Source: the human T2T-CHM13v2.0 reference genome, Homo sapiens
DNA: 64,000 bases
Assembly: GCF_009914755.1 (NCBI RefSeq)
Contig: NC_060936.1
Direction: 5' to 3' (one strand)
In this document: in pieces, positions 11,395-24,866 of the stretch
Layout: every line of letters begins with the position of its first letter
Numbering within the stretch: the first letter of the stretch is position 1
The notes under the pieces: generated by a model
Database searches by the model: none
Told to the model about the DNA's origin: nothing
Seen by the model: the letters and a program-made list of their open reading frames with translations, nothing else
Made by a program: the position numbers and the translations under genes

Positions 11395-11506
11395 CTTGAT
11401 GGCCTTCTTGCTGCCCTTGATCTTCTCAATCTTGGCCTGGGCCAAGGAGACCTTCTCTCCAATGGCCTGCACCTGGCTCCGGCTCTGCTCTACCTGCTGG
11501 GAGATC
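11395..11506 (-). CDS. WASH8P: WASH coding exon 2 ([37 protein letters not shown])
   Basis: 112 nt, AG/GT boundaries, phase 2 to 0. Confidence 0.92.
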
Positions 11507-12431
11507 CTGCCATGGAGAAGATCACAGAGGCTGGGCTGCTCCCCACCCCCTGCACACCTCCTGCTTCTAACAGCAGAGCTGCCAGGCCAGGCCCTCAGGC
11601 AAGGGCTCTGAAGTCAGGGTCACCTGCTTGCCAGGGCCGATCTTGGTGCCATCCAGGGGGCCTCTACAAGGATAATCTGACCTGCAGGGTCGAGGAGTTG
11701 ACGGTGCTGAGTTCCCTGCACTCTCAGTAGGGACAGGCCCTATGCTGCCACCTGTACATGCTATCTGAAGGACAGCCTCCAGGGCACACAGAGGATGGTA
11801 TTTACACATGCACACATGGCTACTGATGGGGCAAGCATTTCACAACCCCTCATGATCACGTGCAGCAGACAAAGTGGCCTCTGCAGAGGGGGAACGGAGA
11901 CCGGAGGCTGAGACTGGCAAGGCTGGACCTGAGTGTCGTCACCTAAATTCAGACGGGGAACTGCCCCTGCACATAGTGAACGGCTCACTGAGCAAACCGA
12001 GTCCCGACCACCGCCTCAGTGTGGTCTAGCTCCTCACCTGCTTCCATCCTCCCTGGTGTGGGGTGGGCCCAGTGATATCAGCTGCCTGCTGTTCCCCAGA
12101 TGTGCCAAGTGCATTCTTGTGTGCTTGCGTCTCATGGAACGCCATTTCCCCAGACATCCCTGTGGCTGGCTCCTGATGCCCGAGGCCCAAGTGTCTGATG
12201 CTTTAAGGCACATCACCCCACTCATGCTTTTCCATGTTCTTTGGCCGCAGCAAGGCCGCTCTCACTGCAAAGTTAACTCTGATGCGTGTGTAACACAACA
12301 TCCTCCTCCCAGTCGCCCCTGTAGCTCCCCTACCTCCAAGAGCCCAGCCCTTGCCCACAGGGCCACACTCCACGTGCAGAGCAGCCTCAGCATTCACCGG
12401 GCACGAGCGAGCATGTGTGGTGCGCAGGGAA

Positions 12432-12568
12432 GAGAAGGCAGAGGCGCGACTGGGGTTCATGAGGAAGGGCAGGAGGAGGGTGTGGGATGGTGGAGGGGTT
12501 TGAGAAGGCAGAGGCGCGACTGGGGTTCATGAGGAAAGGGAGGGGGAGGATGTGGGATGGTGGAGGGG
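12432..12568. repeat. Two-copy ~70-bp direct tandem duplication in a WASH intron
   Basis: gagaaggcagaggcgcgactggggttcatgagga...tgtgggatggtggagggg occurs twice. Confidence 0.8.
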
Positions 12569-15500
12569 CTGCAGACTCTGGGCTAGGGAAAGCTGGGATG
12601 TCTCTAAAGGTTGGAATGAATGGCCTAGAATCCGACCCAATAAGCCAAAGCCACTTCCACCAACGTTAGAAGGCCTTGGCCCCCAGAGAGCCAATTTCAC
12701 AATCCAGAAGTCCCCGCGCCCTAATGGGTCTGCCCTGATTACTCCTGGCTCCTTGTGTGCAGGGGGCTCAGGCATGGCAGGGCTGGGAGTACCAGCAGGC
12801 ACTCAAGCGGCTTAAGTGTTCCATGACAGACTGGTATGAAGGTGGCCACAATTCAGAAAGAAAAAAGAAGAGCACCATCTCCTTCCAGTGAGGAAGCGGG
12901 GCCACCACCCAGTGTGTGCTCCATCTTTTCTGGCTGGGGAGAGGCCTTCATCTGCTGTAAAGGGTCCTCCAGCACAAGCTGTCTTAATTGACCCTAGTTC
13001 CCAGGGCAGCCTCGTTCTGCCTTGGGTGCTGACACGACCTTCGGTAGGTGCATAAGCTCTGCATTCGAGGTCCACAGGGGCAGTGGGAGGGAACTGAGAC
13101 TGGGGAGGGACAAAGGCTGCTCTGTCCTGGTGCTCCCACAAAGGAGAAGGGCTGATCACTCAAAGTTGCGAACACCAAGCTCAACAATGAGCCCTGGAAA
13201 ATTTCTGGAATGGATTATTAAACAGAGAGTCTGTAAGCACTTAGAAAAGGCCGCGGTGAGCCCCAGGGGCCAGCACTGCTCGAAATGTACAGCATTTCTC
13301 TTTGTAACAGGATTATTAGCCTGCTGTGCCTGGGGAAAACATGCAGCACAGTGCATCTCGAGTCAGCAGAATTTTGACGGCTTCTAACAAAATCTTGTAG
13401 ACAAGATGGAGCTATGGGGGTTGGAGGACAGAACATATAGGAAAACTCAGAGCCAAATGAACCACAGCCCCAAAGGGCACAGTTGAACAATGGACTGATT
13501 CCAGCCTTGCACGGAGGGATCTGGCAGAGTCCATCCAGTTCATTCAACACCTGGTTAGAAAACTGGGGCCAGCACACAGGGGAAGGGTAAGTTGGTTTCA
13601 TGATCGAATCAAGGCTCAGACAATTTTTAAAGGCCATAGGGTAGACTGCAATCACCAAGATGAAATTTACAAGGAACAAATGTGAAGCCCAACATTTAGG
13701 TTTTAAAAATCAAGCGTATAAATACAGAAGGTGGAGGGAACTTGCTTTAGACACAGTTCAGGTGAAGAAAGACCTGGAAACTTCTGTTAACTATAAGCTC
13801 AGTAGGGGCTAAAAGCATGTTAATCGGCATAAAAAGGCAATGAGATCTTAGGGTACACAGCTCCCCGCCCCTCTTCTGCCCTTCATCCTTCTTTCAATCA
13901 GCAGGGACCGTGCACTCTCTTGGAGCCACCACAGAAAGCAGAGGTGCATCCAGCACCACAGAAAACAGAGCCACCACAGAAAACAGAGGGGTGACTGTCA
14001 TCCCCTCCAGTCTCTGCACACTCCCAGCTGCAGCAGAGCCGGAGGAGAGAGCACAGCCTGCAATGCTAATTTGCCAGGAGCTCACATGCCTGCGTCACTG
14101 GGCACAGACGCCAGTGAGGCCAGAGGCCGGGCTGTACTGGGGCCTGAGCTGCGTGGTGGGGAGAGAGTCTCTCCCCTGCCCCTGTCTCTTCCGTGCAGGA
14201 GGAGCATGTTTAAGGGGAAGGGTTCAAAGCTGGTCACATCCCCACCAAAAAAGCCCATGGACAACGAAAAGCCCACTAGCTTGTCCAGTGCCACAGGAGG
14301 GGCAAGTGGAGGAGGAGAGGTGGCGGTGCTCCCCACTCCACTGCCAGTCGTCACTGGCTCTCCCTTCCCTTCATCCTCGTTCCCTATCTGTCACCATTTC
14401 CTGTCGTCGTTTCCTCTGAATGTCTCACCCTGCCCTCCCTGCTTGCAAGTCCCCTGTCTGCAGCCTCACCCATGTCGCATCCTGACTACAATAACAGCTT
14501 CTGGGTGTCCCTGGCATCCACTCTCTCTCCCTTCTTATCCCTTCCATGACGGATGCCTGAGGAACCTTCCCCAAACTCTTCTGTCCCATCCCTGCCCTGC
14601 TCAAAATCCAATCACAGCTCCCTAACACTCCTGAATCAACGTGAAGTCCTGTCTTGAGTAATCCGTGGGCCCTAACTCACTCATCCCAACTCTTCACTCA
14701 CTGCCTTGCCCCACACCCTGCCAGGGAGCCTCCCGTGGCACCGTGGGGACACAAAGGAACCAGGGCAAAGCTCCCTCAGCCCCATTCAAAGAGGCCTGGC
14801 CCACAGGCTCACGGAAAGTCAGCCTCTCATGCCCCGAGAGCTGAGTGCAAGGGAGAGGCAGCGCTGTCTGTGCTTCCCATGCAGAAGCACCCCCCTCCCA
14901 CCCCTGTGCAGGCCGGCCTTCCCGGCAGACCACCATACACCACGTTCCAAGCCACACTGAGGCCTCTCTCCAAGCCTGCAGCCCCCATTTCCAGACCCCA
15001 CCAGGGCAACCTGCATATCCACCTCCCTACCCTGCCCCCCTCTTCCAGGAGTCTGCCCTATGTGGAGTAAGCACGTGGTTTTCCTCTTCAGCAACTATTT
15101 CCTTTTTACTCAAGCAGTGGCCCCATTTCCCTTGGGGAATCCACCTCTCTCGCAGGCTTAGTCCCAGAGCTTCAGGTGGGGCTGCCCACAGAGCTCCTCA
15201 GTCTAAGCCAAGTGGTGTGTCATAGTCCCCTGGCCCCAGTAATGGATTCTGGGATAGACATGAGGACCAAGCCAGGTGGGATGGGTGAGTGTGGCTTCTG
15301 GAGGAAGTGGGGACACAGGAGAGCATTCTTTCCTGCTGGACCTGACCCTGTGTCGTGTCACCTTGCTACCACGACAGCATGGCCTGTCTGGGAATGCAGC
15401 CAGACCCAAAGAAGCAAACTGACATGGAAGGAAAGCAAAACCAGGCCCTGAGGACATCATTTTAGCCCTTACTCCGAAGGCTGCTCTACTGATTGGTTAA

Positions 15501-17863
15501 TTTCTGCTTAGCTTGGTTTGGGGAGTTCTGACAGGCGTGCCACCAATTCTTACCGATTTCTCTCCACTCTAGACCCTGAGAAGCCCACGCGGTTCATGCT
15601 AGCAATTAACAATCAATCTTGCCCTATGTGTTCCCATTCCAGCCTCTAGGACACCGTGTCAGCCACATAATTGGTATCTCTTAAGGTCCAGCACGAGGTG
15701 GAGCACATGGTGGAGAGACAGATGCAGTGACCTGGAACCCAGGAGTGAGGGAGCCAGGACTCAGGCCCAAGGCTCCTGAAAGGCATCCGGCCCTCCCGGG
15801 GCTGTGCCAGCAACTTGGAGAACCCACACTCAATGAACGCAGCACTCCACTACCCAGGAAATGCCTTCCTGCCCTCTCCTCATCCCATCCCTGGGCAGGG
15901 GACATGCAACTGTCTACAAGGTGCCAAGTACCAGGACAGGAAAGGAAAGATGCCAAAAATCCAGGGCTACCCTCAGAGAAGGGCAACCATGCAGTCCCCG
16001 TCTTGGCAAGGAAACACAATTTCTGAGGGAATGGTTTTGGCCTCCATTCTAAGTGCTGGACATGGGGTGGCCACAATCTGGAGCTGATGGCTCTTAAAGA
16101 CCTGCGTCCTCTTCCCTAGGCGTCCCTTGGGCACATCTAGCACAACGATAAGCACAAAAGGTGCATCCAGCACTTTCTGTTACTATTGGTGGCAGGTTCA
16201 TGAATGGCAACCAAAGGCAGTGTACGGGTCAACATTATCAACGGGGAAGAGACAGCATTTCCTGAAGGCTTCCTAGGTGCCAGGCACTGTTCCATTCCTT
16301 TGCATGTTTTGATTAATTTAATATTTACAATAATTCTACCAGGAAGCTACCATTATTACCACAACTTCACAAATGAGAACACTGAGGCTTAGAGGGGTTG
16401 GGTTGTCCAAGGTTACAGAGGAAGAAAACAGGGGAGCTGGATCTGAGCCAAGGCATCAACTCCAAGGTAACCCCTCAGTCACTTCAGTGCGTGCCCCCTG
16501 GTTACTGGGACATTCTTGACAAGCTTGGGGCAAGCCGGTGAGTCAGTGGGGGAGGACTTTCAGGAAGAGGTGGGTTCCCAGTTGGTGACAGAAGAGGAGG
16601 CTGCAAAGTGAAGGAGCAGGGGCTCCAGGTCTGACGACAACCAGGGAAGGGACAGGGCAGGGATGGCTTGGACCACGAGAGGCACCCGAGTCAGGCAGTC
16701 ACATACTTCCCGCTGGGGTCTACCATGTGAGGCATGGTGTGGGATCCTGGGAAGGAGACCAAGCCTCATTTCAGGTTGCTCATGGCCAAAGACAGGGCCT
16801 GTGTACCCGACAACCCCTGGGACCTTTGCCAAAAAAACAGCAAACACCATTCACTCACTCATGTTAGATAAACACTGAGTGAAGTCACTGGAGCCCAAGG
16901 ACTGTGCGAGGTCAGCGCTGCCAATACAAGAAGCTGCACCCCTCCAGCTCGCCTCCCTCAATGGCCACTCCGTGCACCAGCCATGCTGGCTTCCTTTTAG
17001 GTCCTCCACCTCCAGGCTGTAGTTCATGTGCTTCTTTCTGGAATGTTCTTCCCAACCTACCCACTCAACCCTCAGACTTTACCATAAATGTCATTTCCTC
17101 ACATCTGCCTTCCCTGACCTGAGACCAAGCCAGGCTTCCCATGACGAGCCTCACAGTACCCCATCTCCCCTGAACAGATGCAGTAATAACCTACATAACC
17201 CGGGGCCATGATCTATGGCTTTGAATACTGGCTCTGTCACTTGGCCAGGTCTCTCAGCCTTTCTGTGCCTCAATTTCCTCATCTATAAAATGAGATGACG
17301 GCAGTGCCTGCTCATGAAGTGTGAGTTAATGCACTCAAATCAATGGTGGTGCACGGTTTATATGAATATTAGTGATTACAAAATATTATCAATAGACCTT
17401 GTCACAACTGTTATTGAAGAACTAATCATGTATTGGTTATTTAGGTCTTTCTCTCCTGCCAGAATGTGCGCTCCATGGAGAGGTATGTTGCCTTATCCGT
17501 GGCTGGATATATAGAGATTCCCACACTGCCTTGCACACGAGCACTACTGGGTAAATATTTGCTGGCTGCAGGAAAATGTGAAGGAATAGGCCCTCCAATG
17601 GGAGGAAAAGCACGAGTTGTGAGAGCAGAGCCACCACAGGAAACCAGGAGGCTAAGTGGAGTGGAAGGGAGTGAGCTCTCGGACTCCCAGGAGTAAAAGC
17701 TTCCAAGTTGGGCTCTCACTTCAGCCCCTCCCACACAGGGAAGCCAGATGGGTTCCCCAGGACCAGGATTCCCCAAGGGGGCTGCTCCCAGAGGGTGTGT
17801 TGCTGGGATTGCCCAGGACAGGGATGGCCCTCTCATCAGGTGGGGGTGGGTGGCAGCACCCAC

Positions 17864-18012
17864 CTGCTGAAGATGTCTCCAGAGACCTTCTGCAGGTACT
17901 GCAGGGCATCCGCCATCTGCTGGACGGCCTCCTCTCGCCGCAGGTCTGGCTGGATGAGGGGCACGGCATAGGTCTGACCTGCCAGGGAGTGCTGCATCCT
18001 CACAGGAGTCAT
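17864..18012 (-). CDS. WASH8P: WASH coding exon 1 ([49 protein letters not shown])
   Basis: cag|gcaccATG (exon begins at 18017); donor AG|gtggg; 149 coding nt. Confidence 0.92.
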
Positions 18013-19916
18013 GGTGCCTGTGGGTGGGAGCCGGAGCATCACAGCCACCCACGACCACCTGCACCCACCCACCACAGGGCAGGGTGGTGTTGAGACAACA
18101 CAGCCCTCATCCCAACTATGCACATAGCTTCAGCCTGCACAGATAGGGGAGTAGGGGACAGAGCATTTGGTGAGAGGCCAGGAGCGCATAAATGGGATTC
18201 TGCTGATGCCTGCTGAGTGAATGAGGGAAAGGGCAGGACCAGGGACTGGGGAATCTGTAGGGTCAATGGAGGAGTTCAGAGAAGGTGCAACATTTCTGAC
18301 CCCCTACAAGGTGCTTGCTACCTGCCAGGCACCCTTTCCATACCTTGTCTCAGTTCAGCTCCCCACCTTGGATAAACAAGAAACCTTGGTTGCAGAGGAA
18401 AAAAGAGGCTGGAAACAAAGGGGTAGAAATGGGGTAGCGGGGGAGATTGCCTGATCAACTGCCAAATGGTACCCAGTTCTGGAAAAGCACAAAAAATGTG
18501 CACACACGGGTTCTTCCCACTTTAACCCCTGAGGAATCTGAGGCCTGCTCCTGAAACAGACTGGGCAGTGGCTAGTGACTCTAGGTATAGGAGTATCCAG
18601 CCCTGCTCACCCAGGCTAGAGCTTAAGGGGCCAAGAGGAAAGAGGTGCCTGTGGGGGTGGAGGACAGGAAGGAAAAACACTCCTGGAATTGCAAAGTGAG
18701 GGCAGAGTCTATTTATATTGGGTTTAATTAACTCCTCTCCCTGGTGCCACTAAAGCAGCAATCACACTGCAGACAGCACTGATTTGATTGGCAAGAGATG
18801 CACCAGGCAGAATATTAAGGGACCAGGCCCCTATAAATAGGCCTAATCACAGCCCCTCACTGGAAAATGGTAAGGAAGACATTAATCAGGCCTGGCACTA
18901 TGCCCTAGACCTGCTCCCCTAGGCACTACAGTGGGGCCCTTGGTTGCAACACAAGTAGGTAGGGATGGATGAGTGTGGCATGAAGGGCCTAGGAGATTTC
19001 ATTTGGGTTTAAAATGCTGTGACCTTGAGTAAGTTGCCGTCTCTGAATCTGATCCTTTCCATTTCCCATTCTCCAAACTGAGAACTAGCACTGCTGAGAC
19101 GTGGTTATTCCCAATAATAATTTGTATATTTTACATAACGTACCACACCAACATCTTCACCCAGTTGGAGCCTACTCCTTTGCTCCTGCTGCTGGCTTCC
19201 CCAGCCCTCCCTTCTGCCCTCCTCAGGCCAGCACTTTTCAGTGAGTTCCTCCTTTGCATACAGGCTTTCCAGATCTGTACTTGCCTTGAATACTCATCAG
19301 AGCCCAGGAGTTACTCCTCACCTCCCACTTATTTTTCCTCCCATCAAATAACTAAAGCATGGCCAGCTGATGCCCAGCCAACTGAGAAACCTAACCCTCT
19401 GAGACCAGCACACCCCTTTCAAGCATGTTCCTCCCTCCCCTTCTTTGTATTTATACTGATGCAAGTTTGCTGGATGTCCTAACTTATTTCTGTGCCTCAG
19501 TTCTCCCATATGTAAGATCACAAAGGGGGTAAAGATGCAAGATATTTCCTGTGCACATCTTCAGATGAATTCCTTGTTAGTGTGTGTTTGTTTGCTCACA
19601 CATATGCGTGAAAGAAGAGTACATACACAAATCTCCTCAAAAAGGAGGCAGCAAGCCCGTTCAAGAATGGGACTGAATACACCTGATGACTGGTTTACTT
19701 TCTGTCTGCAAACATCTACTGATCATCTATTAGCTGCAGGCCATGATCACAACAAAGACGAATAAGACACTACACTAGCCAGGGAGAGTCTCAAAAACAA
19801 CTAAACTCAAATTAAATTCATTCTAATCCACTCATGAGTACAAAGCTAAGGAGTGACAAATCCCTTTTGGAGTTAGGGGAGTCAGGAAAAAGCTCTTAGC
19901 AGAATGTGTGCCTCTC

Positions 19917-20355
<439 letters not shown>

Positions 20356-20403
20356 TCAAAATTAAAGCTAGGAGTTTGGACTTGTGGCAGGAATGAAATC
20401 CTT

Positions 20404-20660
20404 AGACCTGTGCTGTCCAATATGGTAGCCACCAGGCACATGCAGCCACTGAGCACCTGAAATGTGGATAGTCTGAATTGAGATGTGCCGTAAGTGTAAA
20501 ATATGCACCAAATTTCAAAGACTAGAAAAAAAGAATGTAAAATATCTTATTATTTTATAGATTACATGCTAAAATAACCATATTTGGGATATACTGGATT
20601 TTAAAAATATATTACTAATTTCATCTGTTTCTTTTTACTTTTAGAAATCACATATGTGAC
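20404..20660. mobile_element. hAT-Charlie MITE (MER33/MER3-like)
   Basis: ctgtgctgtccaatatggtagccac...ctgaattgagatgtgccgtaagtgtaaaata is typical of MER3/MER33. Confidence 0.6.
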
Positions 20661-21849
20661 TTAAATATTTCTTTTCTTTTTCTTTCCTCTCACTCAGCGT
20701 CCTGTGATTCCAAAGAAATGAGTCTCTGCTCTTTTTGGGCAGGAGATATCCTAGAATGGACTCTGACCTAAGCATCAAAATTAATCATCAAACGTTATCA
20801 TTTTATGGCCCCTTCTTCCTATATCTGGTAGCTTTTAAATGATGATCATGTAGATAATCTTTATTGTCCCTCTTTCAGCAGACGGTATTTTCTTATGCTA
20901 CAATATGACTGCTAATAATACCTACATATGTTAGAACCATTCTGACTCCTCAAGAATCTCATTTAACTCTTATTATCAGTGAATTTATCATCATCCCCAA
21001 TTTTAGATAAGGAAATGGGGTTAGAAAGAAAAAATAACATTTTTTCAACATCAAAACACTAGCTTGAGATCAAGCCCAGACTTGGATCTGTTGTCTGAAT
21101 TCCAAGCTTTTTGTTATTCATTGATATGTTTTGTTGTTTTCATGCAATAATGCAAATCTTAGCCCATTTTGTTAGTAGTACCAACTGTAAGTCACCTTAT
21201 CTTGATACTTTGTCTTTATGTAAACCTAAATCAGATCTGTTTTTGATACTGAGGGAAAAACAAGGGAATCTAACACTAACCAGCCCGTAGTGTGTGGTCA
21301 ACACTTTCGTTACTTTAGTATACATCACCCCAGTTGTTTGTCTTCACCACACACTTTGGAGTTAGGTAGTACTATCTATTTTTACAAATAAGAAAACCCA
21401 GGCACAAAGGGGTTGATTAGCAATTATCTTTTGAAAAGCCTGTAGTGCTCATCTGAAGAACTGACGGACCATCTCTTATTTAGTAGACAGACAATAACTA
21501 GTTGAGAAGACAGGGGATTTTGTTGGCGGAAAAAAATTTTTATCAAAAGTCGTCTTCTGTCAGGGAGTTTTATGAGAAACCCTAGCTCCTCAGTTCCACA
21601 GTGGGTAACTGCAATTCATTCTAGGTCTACGATATTTCCTGCCTATCCATTTTGTTAACTCTTCAATGCATTCCATAAATGCCTAAGTATTCTTTAATAA
21701 TGGTGGTTTTTTTTTTTTTGCATCTATGAAGTTTTTTCAAATTCTTTTTAAGTGACAAAACTTGTACATGTGTATCGCACAATATTTCTAGTCGACAGCA
21801 CTGCTTTACAGAATGTAAACCGTGCACTCCCAGGAAAATGCAGACACAG

Positions 21850-22900
21850 CACGCCTCTTTGGGACCGCGGTTTATACTTTCGAAGTGCTCGGAGCCCTTC
21901 CTCCAGACCGTTCTCCCACACCCCGCTCCAGGGTCTCTCCCGGAGTTACAGGCCTCGCTGTAGGCCCCGGGAACCCAACGCGGTGTCAGAGAAGTGGGGT
22001 CCCCTACGAGGGACCAGGAGCTCCGGGCGGGCAGCAGCTGCGGAAGAGCCGCGCGAGGCTTCCCAGAACCCGGCCGGGGCGGGAAGACGCAAAAGTGGGG
22101 AGGCGGAACCGGGACCCCGCAGAGCCCGGGTCCCTGCGCCCCACAAGCCTTGGCTTCCCTGCTAGGGCCGGGCAAGGCCGGGTGCAGGACGCGGCTCCAG
22201 GGAGGAAGCTCCGGGGCGAGCCCAAGACGCCTCCCGGGCGGTCGGGGCCCAGCGGCGGCGTTCGCAGTGGAGCCGGGCACTGGGCAGCGGCCGCGGAACA
22301 CCAGCCTGGCGCAGGCTTCTCGGTCAGGAACGGTCCCGGGCCTCCCGCCCGCCTCCCTCCAGCCCCTCCGGCTCCCCTACCTCGCCCCGCCAGGCCCCCA
22401 CGACCCTACTTCCCGCGGCCCCGGACGCCTCCTCACCTGCGAGCCGCCCTCCCGGAAGCTCCCGCCGCCGCTTCCGCCCTGCCGGAGCCGCTGGGTCCTA
22501 GCCCCGCCACCCACAGTCCGCCCGCGCCTCCGGGTCCTAACGCCGCCGCTCGCCCTCCGCCGCGCCCTCCCCGAGCGCGGCTCCAGGACCCCGTCGACCC
22601 GGAGCGCTGTCCTGTCGGGCCGAGTCGCGGGCCTGGGCACGGAACTCACGCTCACTCCGAGCTCCCGACGTGCACACGGCTCCCATGCGTTGTCTTCCGA
22701 GCGTCAGGCCGCCCCTACCCGTGCTTTCTGCTCTGCAGACCCTCTTCCTAGACCTCCGTCCTTTGTCCCATCGCTGCCTTCCCCTCAAGCTCAGGGCCAA
22801 GCTGTCCGCCAGCCTCGGCTCCTCCGGGCAGCCCTCGCCCTGGGTGCGCCCCGGGGCAGGACCCCCAGCCCAGGCCCAGGGCCCGCCCCTGCCCTCCAGC
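21850..22900. promoter_or_regulatory. CpG-island bidirectional promoter (WASH on -, MIR1302-host lncRNA on +)
   Basis: Dense CpG and GC boxes; ETS-type CCGGAAG at about 22452 and CTTCCG at about 22471 within WASH exon 1. Confidence 0.85.
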
Positions 22901-24205
22901 CCTACACCTTGACCCGCTTTCCTGCGTCTCTCAGCCTACCTGACCTTGTCTTTACCTCTGTGGGTAGCTCCCTTGTGATCTGCTTAGTTCCCACCCCCCT
23001 TTAAGAATTAAATAGAGAAGCCAGACGCAAAACTACAGATATCGTATGAGTCCAGTTTTGTGAAGTGCCTAGAATAGTCAAAATTCACAGAGACAGAAGC
23101 AGTGGTCGCCAGGAATGGGGAAGCAAGGCGGAGTTGGGCAGCTTGTGTTCAATGGGTAGAGTTTCAGGCTGGGGTGATGGAAGGGTGCTGGAAACGAGTG
23201 GTAGTGATGGCGGCACAACGGTGTGAATCTACTTAATCCCACTGAACTGTATGCTGAAAAATGGTTTAGACGGTGAATTTTAGGTTATGTATGTTTTACC
23301 ACAATTTTTAAAAAGCTAGTGAAAAGCTGGTAAAAAGAAAGAAAAGAGGCTTTTTTAAAAAGTTAAATATATAAAAAGAGCATCATCAGTCCAAAGTCCA
23401 GCAGCTGTCCCTCCTGGAATCCGTTGGCTTGCCTCCGGCATTTTTGGCCCTTGCCTTTTAGGGTTGCCAGATTAAAAGACAGGATGCCCAGCTAGTTTGA
23501 ATTTTAGATAAACAACGAATAATTTCTTAGCATAAATATGTCCCAAGCTTAGTTTGGGACATACTTATGCTAAAAAACATTATTGGTTGTTTATCTGAGA
23601 TTCAAAATTAAGCATTTTATATTTTATTTGCTGCCTCTGGCCATCCTACTCTCTTCCTAACACTCTCTCCCTCTCCCAGTTTTGTCCGCCTTCCCTGCCT
23701 CTTCTGGGGGAGTTAGATCGAGTTGTAACAAGAACATGCCACTGTCTCGCTGGCTGCAGCGTGTGGTCCCCTTACCAGAGGTAAAGAAGAGATGGATCTC
23801 CACTCATGTTGTAGACAGAATGTTTATGTCCTCTCCAAATGCTTATGTTGAAACCCTAACCCCTAATGTGATGGTATGTGGAGATGGGCCTTTGGTAGGT
23901 AATTACGGTTAGATGAGGTCATGGGGTGGGGCCCTCATTATAGATCTGGTAAGAAAAGAGAGCATTGTCTCTCTGTCTCCCTCTCTCTCTCTCTCTCTCT
24001 CATTTCTCTCTATCTCATTTCTCTCTCTCTCTCTCTATCTCATTTCTCTCTCTCTCTCTTTCTCTCCTCTGTCTTTTCCCAAGTGAGGATGCGAAGAGAA
24101 GGTGGCTGTCTGCAAACCAGGAAGAGAGCCCTCACCAGGAACCCGTCCAGCTGCCACCTTGAACTTGGACTTCCAAGCCTCCAGAACTGTGAGGGATAAA
24201 TGTAT
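22670..24205 (+). ncRNA. MIR1302 host-gene-like lncRNA; exons about 22670-23155, 23680-23780, 24084-24205
   Basis: Splice signals aatgg|gtaga, cccag|tttt, cagag|gtaaag and ccaag|tgagg sit at positions equivalent to the recalled chr1 MIR1302-2HG structure. Confidence 0.6.
23482..23619 (+). ncRNA. MIR1302: miR-1302 family hairpin (MER53 palindrome-derived)
   Basis: Mature-like ttgggacatacttatgctaaa at 23554-23574 pairs with the upstream arm tagcataaatatgtcccaa. Confidence 0.8.
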
Positions 24206-24250
24206 GATTTTAAAGTCGCCCAGTGTGTGGTATTTTGTTTTGACTAATAC
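23810..24250 (+). mobile_element. MaLR LTR (MLT1A/MST-like) with an internal (TC)n tract
   Basis: tgttgaaaccctaacccctaatgtgatggta...ccttgaacttggacttccaagcctccagaactgtgag; (TC)n at about 23970-24065. Confidence 0.7.
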
Positions 24251-24543
24251 AACCTGAAAACATTTTCCCCTCATTCCACCTGAGCAATATCTGAGTGGCT
24301 TAAGGTACTCAGGACACAACAAAGGAGAAATGTCCCATGCACAAGGTGCACCCATGCCTGGGTAAAGCAGCCTGGCACAGAGGGAAGCACACAGGCTCAG
24401 GGCTCTGCTATTCATTCTTTGTGTGACCCTGGGCAAGCCATGAATGGAGCTTCAGTCACCCCATTTGTAATGGGATTTAATTGTGCTTGCCCTGCCTCCT
24501 TTTGAGGGCTGTAGAGAAAAGATGTCAAAGTATTTTGTAATAT

Positions 24544-24866
<323 letters not shown>

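Noticed and set aside
21663-23004. 200-336-aa ORFs over the WASH promoter
   Set aside because: Low-complexity Pro/Arg/Gly ORFs in several frames, as expected in a CpG island; no recognisable domain.
23852-23866. aaccctaacccctaa as an interstitial telomere seed
   Set aside because: Only two units, and part of the MaLR LTR sequence.
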